NCBI RefSeq assembly: GCF_018977255.1
Contig: NW_024704748.1
Location: 14,508,001 to 14,572,000 of the forward strand
DNA length: 64,000 nt
Direction of reading: 5' to 3'
Source: Callorhinchus milii
Lineage: Eukaryota
This document shows, in pieces, positions 62,479 to 64,000 of this stretch (its first letter is position 1; each line of letters starts with the position of its first letter). The notes beneath the pieces are model-generated. The model was given only the letters and a program-made list of their open reading frames with translations, searched no databases and was not told the origin of the DNA. The position numbers and the translations under genes are program-made.

Positions 62479-64000
62479 TGTATTTGAAGGGTAAATGATT
62501 GCCAAGTCATAGTGGAATTGTACCCTGTGACAATTTAACAAGGCAATGAAAGAGAGCTGTGGTGGTTTTGTTTGCATTTGACTCTCTATAAGGATAGTTA
62601 ATGAAAAGAGAGATTGTTGCCATTAAAAGCTAAAAGGTACAGGGAGGGAGAACATTTTTAAGGGTATGTTGGAACTTGGAAGCTTCAAACCCTGATCATG
62701 TGGTATAGCCAACTCCCTTTTCCTCTTTATCCAGTCACTGGAATCCTGATCGGTTCTCTTTGTTGACTTGATTCTTTGAATTGCTGATTGCTAGCGGGTT
62801 GAAACAATTTTTTTAGGCAGAAAAATCGGCCATGGGCTAATTGTTAGCTGTTTGGGTTTGGCGTTGAAAATTGTGATAACTGTTTGCTAATGAAATGCAT
62901 TGAATTAGTAGCAATCATTAGGGATTATGAGGCTTGCTGACTTTTCACTTCATGTAAATAGACTATAACATTGATTTTAATGAGATTTAATCTGGTGACA
63001 AAGAAACGACTATTATTAACTCCATATAATGGGGAAATATGTAGTGGATGTGCTGAAATTGCAGCTGCTCCTGCCTCCACTCCCTTCTTATGGCCTTTGA
63101 GGGTTAATGGAACTTTTGGAATCGATGCACGTTCTGGCAAATAGCTCCCCTTCTCCTTGTCAAATTGGCTTAAAATGCTTTGTTTTGTCCAAGCACCGTG
63201 AACTGATAATATAAATGGAGATATTCCATCACAGTTTGTTCCCTGCTGTTTTAAAGAGAGAATGTCACTGTCGTGGCAGAGTTTCCAGGCAGACTGACAG
63301 CTCAGCTGAAAGTCCATGGCGGCCTGAGTAAACTTGTCTTGCAGCAGGTGGTGTGGTGTGTGTGCTGCGATGGGAAAGGTTTGTAATACGGTTTAACTCC
63401 AGTCGTCTTAATGAATTTTGGCGATCACATGGCTACAGTGGGTACAGAAAGCTCAAAAATGGTATTGTCGTACTGCAGAGCTTTCCTGTGCACAAAGAGC
63501 AATCTCTGCTCAGGAGTGTGATTAACTCAGTTTTGACATACGTCAATATCCCATTAAAATCTAGCCTTTGTCTGCCTAGAACACATGCTATGGTTGTGCA
63601 TCTAATGTAAACTCTCTTGAATCTTAAACAAGAAAGTGATACATCTTGGTATAAATGTATGTCGCACACTGTATATTACTGCTGGTTAGTGAAATTCAAT
63701 ATAATTTCCATCATACTTTTCACGATGTGATTTGGAAGCATGATATGCATTTATTAATGCAGGAAGTCTCCGATTAATAAATGGCCCCATTCTTGCACTC
63801 GCTAATCAATCAGACACGTTGCTGCAAGCACAGCAGTCATCTTGGTGGAGTCACAAGGAGTGTTTGTTCCTCTACAGTGATTCCGCTGCGTGTAGCTAAT
63901 TCAATCTGAAGATGGCCGTTGCGAGTCAGAACTGTGAACGTGCAAAGTGAGTCAGTGCGTAATGTTTTAATTAGAAGTTGGCAAACTCTCCTCCTTTTTC

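Noticed and set aside
148-63669. Remaining short ORFs in the track
   Set aside because: 60-165 aa, mostly with non-ATG starts, no recognisable domains and no consistent exon boundaries; consistent with random non-coding DNA
1-64000. CRISPR array, operon or prokaryotic defence system
   Set aside because: No regularly spaced repeats and no gene-dense regions; the sequence is vertebrate

Overview
This is eukaryotic, AT-rich vertebrate DNA, most likely from a cartilaginous fish (holocephalan or shark), inferred from its SINE and LINE repertoire. It is not prokaryotic. I could not support any host protein-coding exon, so the window reads as a very long intron or gene desert. The only recognisable coding remnants are retrotransposon-derived: a 5'-truncated, disabled CR1 ORF2 (about 39.4-41.7 kb) and L2-clade fragments. 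Dispersed repeats include seven young copies of a tRNA-Ala-headed SINE with a Deu-like core and an L2-derived tail, older SacSINE1-like DeuSINE copies, an ancient second SINE family, many L2/CR1 3' tails and a candidate MITE. The best non-repeat signal is a consensus recursive-splice (AG|GTAAGT) site at 1854-1861. Other leads are a chimeric SINE architecture, a covarying stem-loop shared by LINE and SINE tails, several perfect palindromes or hairpins, and a local 39-bp duplication. Family names come from my recall of consensus sequences, not from searches. Boundaries of old repeats are approximate.
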